Source of the DNA: Macrostomum lignano
Taxonomy: Eukaryota
Assembly: GCA_002269645.1 (NCBI GenBank)
Contig: NIVC01002284.1
Coordinates: forward strand, 62,001 to 126,000
Direction: 5' to 3'
Length of the DNA stretch: 64,000 bases
The stretch's first letter is position 1, and the number at the start of each line of letters is the position of its first letter. The notes below the pieces were generated by a model, which saw only the letters and a program-made list of their open reading frames with translations, was not told the DNA's origin and searched no databases. Of the stretch, positions 62,393 through 64,000 are shown in pieces. Both the position numbers and the translations under genes were made by a program.

Positions 62393-62600
62393 AAGCGTCA
62401 TGTCAAACATAAAAAGCGTCATGTCAAACATAAAAAGCGTCATGTCAAACATAAAAAGCGTCATGTCAAACATAAAGGAAGAGTCATGTCAAACATAAAA
62501 AGCGTCATGTCAAACATAAAGGAAGAGTCATGTCAAACATAAAAAGCGTCATGTCAAACATAAAAGAAGAGTCATGTCAAACATAAAAGAGGCATCATGT
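62393..62600. repeat. 21-bp array AAAGCGTCATGTCAAACATAA
   Basis: Direct periodicity; shares the AGCGTCATGT core with the 59.8-60.4 kb array. Confidence 0.9.
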
Positions 62601-62883
62601 AAAACATGAAAAAAACCTCGACGCAGCTGGCGTGTCAAGGTATCGACTTTGTCAGACATCAATGGCAAACAGGTTCTGTGCGTTTTATTTTTACTGACGC
62701 TCGGACATTGCAAATTTTGCTTTTCTCTCCGTCTCAGGTGCTTTCTACTAGCGAAATTTAACATACACATTTGCCATCGATGTCGGCTTGTTGTCCGGAA
62801 TGTACTGTGCATCTGTAGTTACTCTGTCATTTATCCAGAGACTGTAGAAGGGCGCAGTGTGGTCCATCAGCTCAGGTACAGAT

Positions 62884-63698
62884 GCATGTTAATGTTAAGC
62901 CTTAAAACTGGCTGTGTCTACAGTGTCCAATGAGACAAATGGCATGTTAATGTTAAGCCTTAAAACTGGCTATGTCTACAGTGTCCAATGAGACAAATGG
63001 CATGTTAATATTAAGCCTTAAAACTGGCTATGTCTACAGTGTCCAATGAGACAAATGGCATGTTAATGTTAAGCCTTAAAACTGGCTATGTCTACAGTGT
63101 CCAATGAGACAAATGGCATGTTAATATTAAGCCTTAAAACTGGCTATGTCTACAGTGTCCAATGAGACAAATGGCATGTTAATGTTAAGCCTTAAAACTG
63201 GCTATGTCTACAGTGTCCAATGAGACAAATGGCATGTTAATATTAAGCCTTAAAACTGGCTATGTCTACAGTGTCCAATGAGACAAATGGCATGTTAATG
63301 TTAAGCCTTAAAACTGGCTATGTCTACAGTGTCCAATGAGACAAATGGCATGTTAATGTTAAGCCTTAAAACTGGCTATGTCTACAGTGTCCAATGAGAC
63401 AAATGCTGGCTAATGTTAAGCCTTAAAACTGGCTATGTCTACAGTGTCCAATGAGACAAATGCTGGCTAATGTTAAGCCTTAAAACTGGCTATGTCTACA
63501 GTGTCCAATGAGACAAATGCTGGCTAATGTTAAGCCTTAAAACTGGCTATGTCTACAGTGTCCAATGAGACAAATGGCATGTTAATATTAAGCCTTAAAA
63601 CTGGCTATGTCTACAGTGTCCAATGAGACAAATGCTGGCTAATGTTGAGCCTTAAAACTGGCTATGTCTACAGTGTCCAATGAGACAAATGCTGGCTA
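62884..63698. repeat. 58-bp minisatellite, ~14 copies
   Basis: GCATGTTAATGTTAAGCCTTAAAACTGGCTATGTCTACAGTGTCCAATGAGACAAATG repeated at a 58-bp period. Confidence 0.95.
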
Positions 63699-63741
63699 AA
63701 AGAGCTGGCGTGTAATTGGTGATTGCAGCGCTTCAAAAAGA

Positions 63742-63744
<3 letters not shown>

Positions 63745-63773
<29 letters not shown>
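63745..63773. repeat. (TA)n microsatellite
   Basis: Seen directly. Confidence 0.9.
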
Positions 63774-63775
<2 letters not shown>

Positions 63776-64000
63776 GCATAACGCAGTGGAGCGCCAATCC
63801 AGCAAGTTCTGATAAAACAGCAGCATATTTTGCAATGTTAGTTGGTGTAATATCGCTATTGTTTTTGTGCTACCCAGCTGTAGCATGCGAGCAATGCTCT
63901 GCCGTGTATGAGCTTCTGACCAACACCTGTCCGAGTGCTCTGTCTGGCCTGGAGCCCGCGACCGCTGCGGTCGAGTCCGAGTGCGTGCTGCACTGCACTC

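Noticed and set aside
23281-63698. CRISPR-like appearance of regular 23-43-bp repeats
   Set aside because: No unique spacers, no cas genes, and a eukaryotic spliced context.

Overview
Eukaryotic (metazoan) genomic DNA with GC3-rich exons, GT-AG introns and very dense micro/minisatellites. It resembles a Macrostomum-type flatworm assembly, but the organism is an inference. Main contents: (1) 7713-20553, a 12.8-kb hAT DNA transposon (8-bp TSD GTTAAAAA) carrying a THAP/P-element (8116-15164, 8-bp TSD). That element is itself split inside its THAP zinc finger by a second P-element (11198-14664, 7-bp TSD). The hAT also carries a piggyBac element (~17937-20132). (2) An intronless 748-aa ORF with no family I recognise (20746-22992). 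(3) An RPS12 retropseudogene and an AT-rich, CpG-depleted block (26.5-32.5 kb). (4) CNOT1, with nine coding exons from 32522 to 46870 (2448 aa; the first ~30 codons were not found); six of its eight introns hold private minisatellites. (5) A two-exon secreted neuropeptide precursor whose apparent 24-bp minisatellite encodes 15 dibasic-flanked FDPLMM peptides (52352-53554). (6) A two-exon secreted protein with a galactose-binding/F-type-lectin-like domain (57907-59447). (7) A truncated LINE RT fragment and about 20 tandem arrays. Most long ORFs in the supplied track are artefacts of these arrays. All alignments and counts were done by eye; no database searches were run.
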